NCBI GenBank assembly: GCA_963722655.1
Contig: CAVRNT010000001.1
Coordinates: forward strand, 244,994-308,993
Length of the DNA: 64,000 bases
Direction of reading: 5' to 3'
Source: an uncultured bacterium
GTDB lineage: Bacteria; Patescibacteriota; Minisyncoccia; UBA6257; GWB1-50-10
Below, one piece after another: positions 9,772-18,857 of this stretch. Every line of letters starts with the position of its first letter. The first letter of the stretch is position 1. The position numbers were made by a program, and so were the translations under genes. Below the pieces are notes generated by a model. It made no database searches, was not told the DNA's origin, and saw nothing but the letters and a program-made list of their open reading frames with translations.

Positions 9772-10959
9772 TTATACGCCGTTTTCCAATGAATCCAAGT
9801 TAATGGGCTCAAACCGCTTAAATGCCTCATCAATAAAGGCGATGGTATTGGAATATGGCAACCCGTGCGTAAGCTCGGCAGAGGCCTCAATTTTGCGCGT
9901 TAGGCGCTCGCTGTGGTCCGTATTCCATACGCTGAATATGGCTCTGCGCGTCTCCTTCGCTCCGTGGTCTTGTATGGTCCGCGCCAATCCGTAAGAAGTC
10001 AGCGCCCGGTTCATACTATGCGCCTCGCCGCCGAGCTTCTTCGCCTGTGAAAATATGTGCAAGAGCAATGCTAAGTCATCAGTGGGGCCAAGAAGCGCGA
10101 GCTGGTTTTCCGGCCGCCGGATAAGCCCGTGCCAAGAATTAAGTATTATTGTTTTGCAAAGGTTTGGGGTGAAAAGGTCTTTGAAAGCAATAAATGTTTT
10201 TGGATTTCTCCCCAGTGCGGCATTTATCTCGCGCATCACCGTCTGCCCCTTTTTAAGCCGGTATTCATACCGAAACACCTCTTGTTTCTGCAATCCAAAG
10301 CGTTCAATTATGGCTCGTTCGTAATCAATGCGCCCCTTATCTTTGCGTTTTATTTTCGGGCGCATAGCATCCGCAATTTTGTCGTAAAAAACCCGTTCAA
10401 CTGTGCCCGAGTAGATATGAAGCACCCGCCCGTTTTTGAACTCAACTTTTGTAATGTCCACTACCTTGCTTATATCCACGCGCTGGAGTTCCGCCAGTGC
10501 CTCCTGCATTCGTATGTCTCGTGGCAGTGGCACGTTCTTGCAGAAATGGACCGCCGAGACATAGGCACTAGCCACTATATTGCTCTCAATCGCTATACCA
10601 ACGCTATTTAGCGCTTCTTTGAAAGCGTAAAGCACCTTATCAAAATCAAGTTCGGACACCTCCTGCAAGCTGTTTCTATTAAGCAGTTTCGGTACCGAGA
10701 ACTCGGCCTTGAGGATATACCGCACGGCATCGCGGCTTTCGGTAAGCGCCTCAAGAACTTCTACTCTCGGCCGGTAGCCGTTCTGATAAGGCGGCTTCAA
10801 GATAAAACGCCGGAGGTAGGGATGGGTAGATTGCTGGGATTGTTTTTCGGTCTGCGAAAGCTGAAAATAATTACGTTTTGAGAACTCGGGTAGAAACCAC
10901 GATAGCTCCGTAATTTGAAACTTATCCGCTCCGTAGATTTTGATAATGACCGTATCCAT
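9772..10959 (-). CDS. Putative replication initiation protein (Rep_trans / phage gene II-like)
   Basis: EFSVPKLL, FYDK and FRYEYRL motifs recall rolling-circle initiators; lies next to the integrase. Confidence 0.5.
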   Translation of the reverse strand: MDTVIIKIYGADKFQITELSWFLPEFSKRNYFQLSQTEKQSQQSTHPYLRRFILKPPYQNGYRPRVEVLEALTESRDAVRYILKAEFSVPKLLNRNSLQEVSELDFDKVLYAFKEALNSVGIAIESNIVASAYVSAVHFCKNVPLPRDIRMQEALAELQRVDISKVVDITKVEFKNGRVLHIYSGTVERVFYDKIADAMRPKIKRKDKGRIDYERAIIERFGLQKQEVFRYEYRLKKGQTVMREINAALGRNPKTFIAFKDLFTPNLCKTIILNSWHGLIRRPENQLALLGPTDDLALLLHIFSQAKKLGGEAHSMNRALTSYGLARTIQDHGAKETRRAIFSVWNTDHSERLTRKIEASAELTHGLPYSNTIAFIDEAFKRFEPINLDSLENGV

Positions 10960-11067
10960 AGTCGTTTTTAATGTTGTCGGTGTTTTTCAAGGAATCCGCT
11001 CCGTAGATTTTGATAATGACCGTATCCATAGTCGTTTTTAATGTTGTCGGTGTTTTTCAAGGAATCC
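10924..11067. repeat. Exact 70-bp tandem duplication bounded by ATCC microhomology
   Basis: 10924-10993 is identical to 10994-11063, followed by ATCC. Confidence 0.95.
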
Positions 11068-11250
11068 TTTAGTGGTTGGCGCAGGATTTTGCGCGTTTTT
11101 TTGTTCGCTTGCGACTGCACGGCTTACCACTTCAACCAAACGGATAAGCCGCAAGCCCTTTTCAAGTGCCTGCTCCTTGGTTATCTCAACCCCAAAATGC
11201 TTTTTATAAAGCATCTGGAACTCGGAAATGTTTTTGTCGGTAAGGTCCAT
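11038..11250 (-). CDS. Small helical hypothetical protein heading the rep-recombinase unit
   Basis: MDLTDKNISEFQMLYKKHFGVEITKEQALEKGLRLIRLV; co-oriented with rep and recombinase. Confidence 0.75.
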   Translation of the reverse strand: MDLTDKNISEFQMLYKKHFGVEITKEQALEKGLRLIRLVEVVSRAVASEQKNAQNPAPTTKGFLEKHRQH

Positions 11251-11349
11251 AGTTATTCGCTGTTCATTGCGTCCCTACCCTATATGCTGAAAAATCAGCG
11301 AAATAAAAAAACGTTGTAATAACGGGGGTTCTTGGATACGCTGGAAAGA

Positions 11350-11378
11350 AAAAAGCCTTCTGATTTTTCAGAGGGCTT
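11350..11378 (-). terminator. Intrinsic terminator after the 11368-13275 gene
   Basis: Minus strand gccctctga-aaaa-tcagaaggc-tttttt. Confidence 0.6.
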
Positions 11379-13275
11379 CTTCCTCATCATCTTCCTCACC
11401 GCCTTCAATCGCCTCATTTTCATTAAACCTACCACCTTGAGGCCAGATTTCTTCTTTTCTTAAAACTGGTTCCGGTAATATGGCGAACTTTGGTTTATAG
11501 CGGTCGTGTATATCGTGGAATGGTTCATCGTTAGTTTTGAAAATCTCCTTTAACCACTTCACGAGTAATTTTTTCGCTTGCTGGACATTGTTCACAGATA
11601 AGGTTTTGTTTTTTGTAATCATTGGACGCATATTTTCTGCTGATGCATATTTGAAATCACTTGCCGATAGCGTGGATAAGGCACATAGAAAACCCCATTG
11701 CCGGTCTGGCTTCTGCTGGCGCTTACCGACAAAAAAACGAAGTTGAATGTAATCGGCAGTTATGATGTGGCTATTGTCATAAAAAATCTCAATCTCTTGC
11801 CGCCCTTCTTTTATCTTGAGTGTAACTTTCTCCCATTGGACCGGCTCTGGGAATGACAGCTCAATTGGCGACTCTCGCTTTTTACTCTTTGCATTAGGAG
11901 CTTCTCCTACAAATCTGACCGGCACTTCTGGCATAGCTGTGATTTCAATTTTCTGCACCGTTTGTTGAATCTGCTGGTTGTTTGGAGCAAAAGACATATT
12001 TTTGAGGCTCCTAACAATTGCTTCATCAAGTGCATCAATAATTTTTTTGCTTTTACCTTGCCATTTTTCTTCTGCCGAAATATCAATCAAATCCTTCTTC
12101 TCGCTACCGGCGACTCTCGTTGCGTTTGCAATACGCTCAATAAGCTTGGAGCTCTTCTTCATCTCTTTACTTATCTCTGTAGCGTCTGGTTTCAACGCAG
12201 ATATTTTGAGAAGAAATGCGCTTACGAGGTCTGAAGGACTTTCCGCTTTTTTTGCCTTCGCTTCAATATGAGCTGTTGCAAGTGAAGTAAATGGTCGCGC
12301 ATAGGTTTCTTTAAGGGGGTCAAGCTTGCCCCATTCTACCATCTCCTCAACTTTTCCAATGATTTCAAGATATAACCCCTCAAGCTCTTTATGGTCCAAA
12401 GCTTTATTATTTTCGTACGCGTTTACCAAAATAATCAATTGGCTCCAAAACACCCACAATCGCGCTATATCTTTAGGAGACCACACTTTATATGCCACCA
12501 GTTCAACATCTTTGCCATCCGAATCCGTCCACTCGTTAATCCCCAAATCCAACGCTTCTTCTGTGGGACCTATGTATAGTTTCCCATCTTTAATTTGTAT
12601 GCGGTCATATTTTAGCCATCCGTTATATTTCTCCTGCGTTTCTTTAGCTTTTGTCTCATCTCCCTCAAAAAATAATGGATGGACGGCTTCTTCAATGACT
12701 TTATATAAGGCCCGGCGGACCTTCTGGTTTGATGAGGTGTTTAACACTCGGAAAGCGCTGAAAAGCATCCTCCACTTGGTGTTTGGATACACAATAATCG
12801 TTGCTGGAGCACCACGCTCTTTAAGCAAATCAATAAGCTCTGGCCCAGTTTTGCGCTCGGCAATGTCTTTTGCAATAAGTTCAAGTGTTTGTGCGCGGAT
12901 TACCCCATCGTTATTCCTATCACTCAATAACTTCTTTATTTTCCCTCTGTCTGAAATGCGCAGATATGTCTTCAGAGGATGGACAGTTTCTATACCGCCG
13001 CTTTTGACAATTTCAACTTCAACCTTCATCCCCGGTCCCTTTTGCTCGGAGATTTTGATGCCACCCATATTTTCCAAGAAACGCCAGAATGAATTATTGT
13101 TTATCAGCGTCTCGGTGCTTTGGGGCTCGCCGGGGAAATGATTGATTATACTTACCTCGGTATCGGTTTCATCAGCCCAAGTTTTTTCGGCAATATCAAT
13201 AAGGCTTTCCAGATAGCGGAATATCTGGGGCGTAAAATCAAAGGGAAGTTTTTCTTTATCGTAGTAGAAGGCCAT
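11368..13275 (-). CDS. Multidomain hypothetical protein with an AbiJ-N-like domain and a putative C-terminal winged helix
   Basis: TGPELIDLL..G...YPNTKWRML...IEEAVHPLFF...N.WL.YD resembles AbiJ N-terminal domains (by eye). Confidence 0.55.
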   Translation of the reverse strand: MAFYYDKEKLPFDFTPQIFRYLESLIDIAEKTWADETDTEVSIINHFPGEPQSTETLINNNSFWRFLENMGGIKISEQKGPGMKVEVEIVKSGGIETVHPLKTYLRISDRGKIKKLLSDRNNDGVIRAQTLELIAKDIAERKTGPELIDLLKERGAPATIIVYPNTKWRMLFSAFRVLNTSSNQKVRRALYKVIEEAVHPLFFEGDETKAKETQEKYNGWLKYDRIQIKDGKLYIGPTEEALDLGINEWTDSDGKDVELVAYKVWSPKDIARLWVFWSQLIILVNAYENNKALDHKELEGLYLEIIGKVEEMVEWGKLDPLKETYARPFTSLATAHIEAKAKKAESPSDLVSAFLLKISALKPDATEISKEMKKSSKLIERIANATRVAGSEKKDLIDISAEEKWQGKSKKIIDALDEAIVRSLKNMSFAPNNQQIQQTVQKIEITAMPEVPVRFVGEAPNAKSKKRESPIELSFPEPVQWEKVTLKIKEGRQEIEIFYDNSHIITADYIQLRFFVGKRQQKPDRQWGFLCALSTLSASDFKYASAENMRPMITKNKTLSVNNVQQAKKLLVKWLKEIFKTNDEPFHDIHDRYKPKFAILPEPVLRKEEIWPQGGRFNENEAIEGGEEDDEEEAL

Positions 13276-13343
13276 TGTAATTATTAACTTCAATCTACTG
13301 CTTTTTGCTGATTTTCTCAACGATTTTATGCTAAACTGAAATT

Positions 13344-13549
13344 ACAACTAAATATGCGATAGAGGCCTAACCCCCGTGAGCAAAACTCCGAGGTATGGCA
13401 CACATAAGCCCCATCCCTGATACTAAACTCCGCGTTTAGCAACTCAGGGATGGGCTATGTCTCCGAAAGGAGGTGTAGGGCCGAAAGGTCTAGCTAGCGC
13501 GGAGTTTCGTGCTTCTCGCTAGCGACATAGCAACCCATCCCTCTATGTC
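13344..13549 (+). promoter_or_regulatory. Structured 5' leader of the Type III mod gene
   Basis: Extended -10 TGcTAAACT at 13329-13337; several stems, two GAAA tetraloops and a hairpin over ATG 13545. Confidence 0.6.
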
Positions 13550-15272
13550 CAAAAAATTAAAATCACAATCAACCATTCCGGCTGTAGCCGCTAAGCCGAA
13601 ATACGACAACTGGTCCAAAGAGCAACTTATTGACGAGGTGGCACGGCTTCGCAAGCGCAAGAAATACGGGCTTGTCTGGGAAGAAAAGCTAGAAAATGTC
13701 GTTGAGCAATGCAAGACAGAATTGCCGGTGCTCAAAGAAGTGAAAAATAAAGCGATTGCGAAAGATAAAAATGGCCCTGTGAACATTCTCATTGAGGGAG
13801 ACAATTACCACGCCTTATCGGTTTTGAATTACACCCACAAAGGCAAGATTGATGTCATCTACATTGACCCGCCATATAATACCGGCGCGCGTGATTGGAA
13901 ATACAACAACGATTATGTGGACGTTAACGACCAGTGGCGACATAGCAAATGGATTTTAATGATGGAGCATAGGTTACAACTGACAAAAAAACTTCTATCT
14001 CAAAACGGATTCATTATATGTGCAATTGACCATAACGAACTTTTCGCGCTTGGTCTTTTGATGGATGAGATTTTTGGTGAAAGTAATAGGTTGGGAACGA
14101 TTACAGTTGTGCACAAGCCAGAAGGAAGACAGTTCGCTAATTTCTTTAGTCCGTCAAATGAGTTTATGTTGGTGTATGCCAAAAATAGAACTTCGGCACA
14201 ATTTGAGAACATCGTTTTAAGTAAAGAGAAGGCGGATGAGTTTGACCTAGTAGATGAGAAGGGAAAGTACAAACTTCAGAACTTCATAAGATTGACTGAT
14301 GGTAAATATAGTTTGCGGAAAAATAAACCCGAGGGATATTACCCCATTTATGTAAGTAATGACTTAGCACATTTCAGTTTAACTAAAAAGAAGGGATACG
14401 ATGAAACACTGCCCATCACGAACAAGGGCGTGGAAAGAGTTTGGAAAACTTTTGGAGATACTTTTATGGATAAGGTAGGCAATGAGGCAATCGTGGCAAA
14501 AAGAGAAAACGGGAAAATAGTATTATACGAAAAATTAAGGCCGAGTGAAGTTCTGGTTACGCATTGGATTAAGAAACAGTATCACGGGTATCACTTTGGC
14601 ACGAAGTTATTAGAAACGATTTTAGGCAAAAAGTTGTTTGATTTCCCCAAATCTCTTTACTTGGTTCTAGATATTTTGAAACTTACCACAAGAAGAAACG
14701 CTATAATTTTAGATTTTTTCGCTGGCTCTGGCACTACTGGGCACGCTGTCCTTGAATTGAATAAGGAGGACGGTGGTAATCGCCGGTTTATTCTCTGCAC
14801 GAACAACGAAAATAACATCGCCACAGAAGTTTGTTATCCACGCGTAGCAAAAGTAATTGATGGATATAAAGATGCGGCGGGGAAAACAATTGCTGGTATC
14901 AAAAGCAATCTCAAATACTTCCGCACGGCATTTGTGGGCGCAGAGCCGAATGACAAAAACAAAGAAGCCCTAACTAAGAAGGCAACTGAAATGCTTTGTA
15001 TGCGCGAGGACACTTTTGAGTCGGTAAAAGAAACGGGTGCGGTAAAGATATTCAAAAACTCAAAACAGCATACCGGCATTATCTTTGATGAGGATGCTAT
15101 CCCTGCGTTAAAAAAAGAAATTGTGAAGATTGACGGCGCGTGGAGCATCTATATCTTCTCTCTTGGCGATGACACTTTTGAGGACGAGTTTGAGGATATG
15201 AAACAAAAGATAACCGTTGCGCCGATACCCGAGGCGATTTTGCGGGTCTACCGGCGCATATTCAAACCATAA
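13545..15272 (+). CDS. mod: Type III R-M adenine methyltransferase (Mod)
   Basis: KYGLVWE, ILIEGDN, IYIDPPYNTG, LDFFAGSGTTGHA. Confidence 0.92.
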   Translation: MSKKLKSQSTIPAVAAKPKYDNWSKEQLIDEVARLRKRKKYGLVWEEKLENVVEQCKTELPVLKEVKNKAIAKDKNGPVNILIEGDNYHALSVLNYTHKGKIDVIYIDPPYNTGARDWKYNNDYVDVNDQWRHSKWILMMEHRLQLTKKLLSQNGFIICAIDHNELFALGLLMDEIFGESNRLGTITVVHKPEGRQFANFFSPSNEFMLVYAKNRTSAQFENIVLSKEKADEFDLVDEKGKYKLQNFIRLTDGKYSLRKNKPEGYYPIYVSNDLAHFSLTKKKGYDETLPITNKGVERVWKTFGDTFMDKVGNEAIVAKRENGKIVLYEKLRPSEVLVTHWIKKQYHGYHFGTKLLETILGKKLFDFPKSLYLVLDILKLTTRRNAIILDFFAGSGTTGHAVLELNKEDGGNRRFILCTNNENNIATEVCYPRVAKVIDGYKDAAGKTIAGIKSNLKYFRTAFVGAEPNDKNKEALTKKATEMLCMREDTFESVKETGAVKIFKNSKQHTGIIFDEDAIPALKKEIVKIDGAWSIYIFSLGDDTFEDEFEDMKQKITVAPIPEAILRVYRRIFKP

Positions 15273-15275
15273 AAT

Positions 15276-17513
15276 ATGGCTTTCCAACTGACAAAATATC
15301 AGGACACTGCGGCCCGCGAGTTATTGCGGGATGCGGAGCGGCTTCTGCAACAAGGCGGCAACAAAAAACTTGTATTTAGGGCCCCGACCGGCTCCGGCAA
15401 GACAATCACAATAGCGGAGTTTTTGACGCGATTTGCGGATGACCACGACCATTTACCCTGTGCTTTTATTTGGGCCGCGCCACGCCAGCTTCACGAGCAA
15501 AGTAAGGAAAAACTTGAGGCGTATTTTGCGGACACGCGGGCAATGGAGTGCTCATTTTTTGAGGACTTGGATGACCGACAAATTGGTGAAAACGAAATCT
15601 TATTTTTCAATTGGGAAAGCATCCGACAAGAGAATAACATCTATATCCGCGAGAACGAGCAGGACAATAATCTTTCAAGTATTCTTGAGCGCACACGCGA
15701 AACTGGGCTGGCCATAGTGCTGATTATTGACGAGAGCCATTTTCACGCCCAAGCGGAGACATCGCAAGACCTTATTGCCGCCATCTCTCCAAATCTCACA
15801 ATTGAAATGTCCGCAACGCCAGTGATGCAAAACCCCGATAAAATGGTGGGTGTTGACATTGGCGATGTTAAAGCCGAGGAGATGATAAAGAAGGCGGTAA
15901 TACTCAATGAGGATTTCAAAAGCGTGGTGCGCCGTGGCCCCACGGAAACTATCAAAAGCGAGCTCGCTGGTAGCACCGATGATATTGTCTTAAAAGAAGC
16001 GTTGAAAAAACGGGAGGAGCTTGCTCGGGCATATAAGGCAGAAGGTATTGATGTAAATCCTTTGCTTCTCATTCAATTACCGGACCGGCGGGGCCAAGCA
16101 GACGAGGACCGGCAGACGATGATTGAGCGTTTCCTTAAAGATAAGTGCGGCATCAGCCGTGAAAATCACAAGCTCGCTCTTTATCTTTCGGAAGATAAAG
16201 AGAACTCTGAAAACATCAAGCGCAATGATAGCGAAGCGGAGGTCTTGATATTCAAACAAGCCATTGCGCTCGGCTGGGATTGTCCGCGAGCGCAGATACT
16301 TGTGCTTTTCCGGGAATGGCACAGCCCTATATTTTCTATCCAAACTCTCGGCCGGATTATGAGAGTATTGGAGCCAGAGCACGGATATTATAAAAACGAC
16401 ATACTCAACTTTGCCTATGTTTACACGAACATTGATGATATTGAAATTAAAGAGGATATTGGGCGCGGCTATGTGGTCATACACGCTAGCAAGAGAATTG
16501 CGAAATATAAGCCGGTAGCGTTGCCTTCAGTCCACCGCAAACGGCATCGTGAGCAGACACGATTGAATCCGTTATTTACACGGCTGTTTTTTGAGGAGGC
16601 GCAAATATATAAACTCGGTGAAAAAGTAAAGACGAGGGGCCAACACATCCAGCCCGCATTTATATCAGATTGGAAAGCCAAGAACATTGACACGATTGTC
16701 GGTGAGCACATTCGGGCAAATGTGCAAATTGAACGAGCGAGCGATATGGACCTTCAAAGATTATTTGATTATTTTGTGCGTAGAAATCTCTCTCCTCAAT
16801 TTCACCCCGAGGACCGTTCTGTGGGCCGCTTAAAAGAGTCAATCTATCAGTTCTTTGATAAAGAGTTGAAAATGACAAGGGCCAAACATTTCCGAGATAT
16901 TATAAATGTAGTTTTGAGCGATGATAACAGGCCGCATTTTGAAGCAGTCATAGATAGCGCGAAACGTGCCTATGTTGCGGCTACAGAAAAGCGAGAGAGA
17001 GAAATCACGGAAGACGCTTGGGAAGTGCCGGAGCGCGTTCCTTTTGGTGAAGGATATGTTGAGACGGATGCTAAGAAATCCGTAATGGAGCCGTTCTTCT
17101 CTAACGAACGTTGGCAATCAGAAAAAGCGTTTATTGATTTTTTGGAGAGGCCGCGAAACGATGTTTTGTGGTGGTTCAAGAATGGAGACCGTGATGCGAC
17201 ATTCTTTGCCGTGCCATATAAAGATAGCGATGATTCAGCCCCGTTCTACGTTGATTTCGTTGTAATGATGAAAGATGGAAGTATCGGCCTATTTGACCCG
17301 CACGGCATCCACTTGGCCGATTTCGGGGCGAAATCAGACGGCCTGCGGGCTTACATAGCCAAGCATAAAAAGAGCCGCGTATTCGGCGGCATTGTGGCTA
17401 ACACGGACCCGCGCCACTTCGCCGGTCAATGGATGGTCTACGAGGGTGAAGGTAAAAAAGCGCGAGAGGGAGATTGGAGTAATTGGGCAGGGTTGGAGTT
17501 GGAGGGAAGATAG
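15276..17513 (+). CDS. res: Type III restriction endonuclease (Res): SF2 helicase-like ATPase plus C-terminal nuclease
   Basis: APTGSGKT, IIDESH, GWDCPRA, QTLGRIMR, FYVDF..DPHG; 3 nt after mod. Confidence 0.9.
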   Translation: MAFQLTKYQDTAARELLRDAERLLQQGGNKKLVFRAPTGSGKTITIAEFLTRFADDHDHLPCAFIWAAPRQLHEQSKEKLEAYFADTRAMECSFFEDLDDRQIGENEILFFNWESIRQENNIYIRENEQDNNLSSILERTRETGLAIVLIIDESHFHAQAETSQDLIAAISPNLTIEMSATPVMQNPDKMVGVDIGDVKAEEMIKKAVILNEDFKSVVRRGPTETIKSELAGSTDDIVLKEALKKREELARAYKAEGIDVNPLLLIQLPDRRGQADEDRQTMIERFLKDKCGISRENHKLALYLSEDKENSENIKRNDSEAEVLIFKQAIALGWDCPRAQILVLFREWHSPIFSIQTLGRIMRVLEPEHGYYKNDILNFAYVYTNIDDIEIKEDIGRGYVVIHASKRIAKYKPVALPSVHRKRHREQTRLNPLFTRLFFEEAQIYKLGEKVKTRGQHIQPAFISDWKAKNIDTIVGEHIRANVQIERASDMDLQRLFDYFVRRNLSPQFHPEDRSVGRLKESIYQFFDKELKMTRAKHFRDIINVVLSDDNRPHFEAVIDSAKRAYVAATEKREREITEDAWEVPERVPFGEGYVETDAKKSVMEPFFSNERWQSEKAFIDFLERPRNDVLWWFKNGDRDATFFAVPYKDSDDSAPFYVDFVVMMKDGSIGLFDPHGIHLADFGAKSDGLRAYIAKHKKSRVFGGIVANTDPRHFAGQWMVYEGEGKKAREGDWSNWAGLELEGR

Positions 17514-17561
17514 CAAATAGATAGGTTGCTAGTAGGTTGCTTTGTGTTATAATCAAGCCAA

Positions 17562-18038
17562 ATGGCTACTCGGAGCACAAAGGCATTATATAGCGCCGAG
17601 AACGTTGCTAAATACCTTATCTATCTCGCTTCACAGGATTTCGTGGGCGACAATAAGGAGCGGGAGGGCATAACGAATCTAAAACTTCAAAAGGTGCTTT
17701 ATTTTGTGCAGGCGTATTATCTTGCTAAACTCGGCAAGCCGCTTTTTAGTGGCGACATTGAGGCGTGGGGATTGGGACCCGTTGTGCCAGACATATACCA
17801 CAAATATAAATCTTTTGGGAGCAGGCCAATTATTAACAAAAAGGACGAATCAACCATTTCCGATGATGATAAAACAGTAATACAAAAGGTGTGGGATACA
17901 TTCGGGGGCTACTCCGCAAGACGCTTGGTAGATATTACTCACGCGCACACGCCTTGGAAAGATGCGAGCACTACACCAAGTAAGGTTATATCACATAAAG
18001 CATTAAGGGATTATTACGCCCCTCTACTGAACAAATAA
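17562..18038 (+). CDS. Panacea (DUF4065/SocA-like) antitoxin
   Basis: ITNLKLQKVLYF, IEAWGLGPVV, L..ITH...PW. Confidence 0.9.
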   Translation: MATRSTKALYSAENVAKYLIYLASQDFVGDNKEREGITNLKLQKVLYFVQAYYLAKLGKPLFSGDIEAWGLGPVVPDIYHKYKSFGSRPIINKKDESTISDDDKTVIQKVWDTFGGYSARRLVDITHAHTPWKDASTTPSKVISHKALRDYYAPLLNK

Positions 18039-18056
18039 AGTAAGCTGGGCAATTTG

Positions 18057-18461
18057 ATGGATGAATCTAAAACGCCCAGCAAGTTTGATTTACAATACGC
18101 CGAGTCAAAGGTGATTTTTGTTATATGTGATTGCTCTTTGAATAAGAGATATTCATTTTACGATTTGAACCGGCAACAAGCAGAGAACTTAATTTCTCGT
18201 CTCCGATACTTTGAAAAGATGACTTGGGCACAATGGGTAGGTCTTCAGCGCGAGAAAGGGTTAACAGTGGAACGACCAGAAAGCGACAGTTTTGTGATGA
18301 TTGATGAACAAAATACATCAGAGAGTAAAATATCTGGTGAAAAATACTATTTTCATTTTCGGGTTGAACAGACAGGGTTATTTCGTGTCTTCGGTTATCA
18401 GCGCGGACAGTTTTTTGCCATAACCCATATTGATAGAGGGGGTGTGATTCATCATTCTTAG
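18057..18461 (+). CDS. Putative toxin (RelE-like fold suspected) paired with Panacea
   Basis: Directly downstream of the antitoxin; FHFRV...FRVFGY....F.I..ID..G.IH C-terminus. Confidence 0.6.
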   Translation: MDESKTPSKFDLQYAESKVIFVICDCSLNKRYSFYDLNRQQAENLISRLRYFEKMTWAQWVGLQREKGLTVERPESDSFVMIDEQNTSESKISGEKYYFHFRVEQTGLFRVFGYQRGQFFAITHIDRGGVIHHS

Positions 18462-18624
18462 TTAGCGAAATTGTATGAAAAAACCGATTTTCCTTCCAAT
18501 AAAAGGGTTCTAACTTCGTCCAGTGCCCGGAGCTATTTTTCAGCCTTATTTTTCAATGGGATTTCTGATACCCAATTGGACATCAGAACTTTTAATTGGC
18601 ACATCTCGGTGCTAAAATGTATAT

Positions 18625-18807
18625 ATGAACAAGCGACCGCTCTATGTATACGTAATCGGAGTTGCTGTTGTGTGGGCGATTATTCTCACATCCTCATGGT
18701 TTGGAGTCATCTGGACACCCTTCCATGACGTTGTCACAGTATGTGCGGGCTTCGCCCTTGGGATGCTCGCGATGTATATCGCCGTGCACCTGTATAGGTG
18801 GAAATAA
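18625..18807 (+). CDS. Small membrane protein (2 TM)
   Basis: Hydrophobic 60-aa ORF with TGcTAAAAT just upstream. Confidence 0.6.
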   Translation: MNKRPLYVYVIGVAVVWAIILTSSWFGVIWTPFHDVVTVCAGFALGMLAMYIAVHLYRWK

Positions 18808-18857
18808 TCTAGCGTACGACTTCTGCCCGCAGAGGACAATGATATAATAACGACATC

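Noticed and set aside
10924-11067. Tandem repeat as a CRISPR array or iterons
   Set aside because: There are only two abutting copies of genic sequence, no spacers, and no cas genes in the window.
13466-13478. Strong SD-like AAAGGAGGTG in the mod leader as the start of a hidden toxin peptide
   Set aside because: No suitably spaced start codon with an open frame follows. It is better explained as a GAAA hairpin arm.
17240-17340. Res nuclease motif DPHG instead of (D/E)xK as a sign of inactivation
   Set aside because: As I recall, this variant occurs in other Res-like proteins, and the ORF is intact. The evidence is insufficient.
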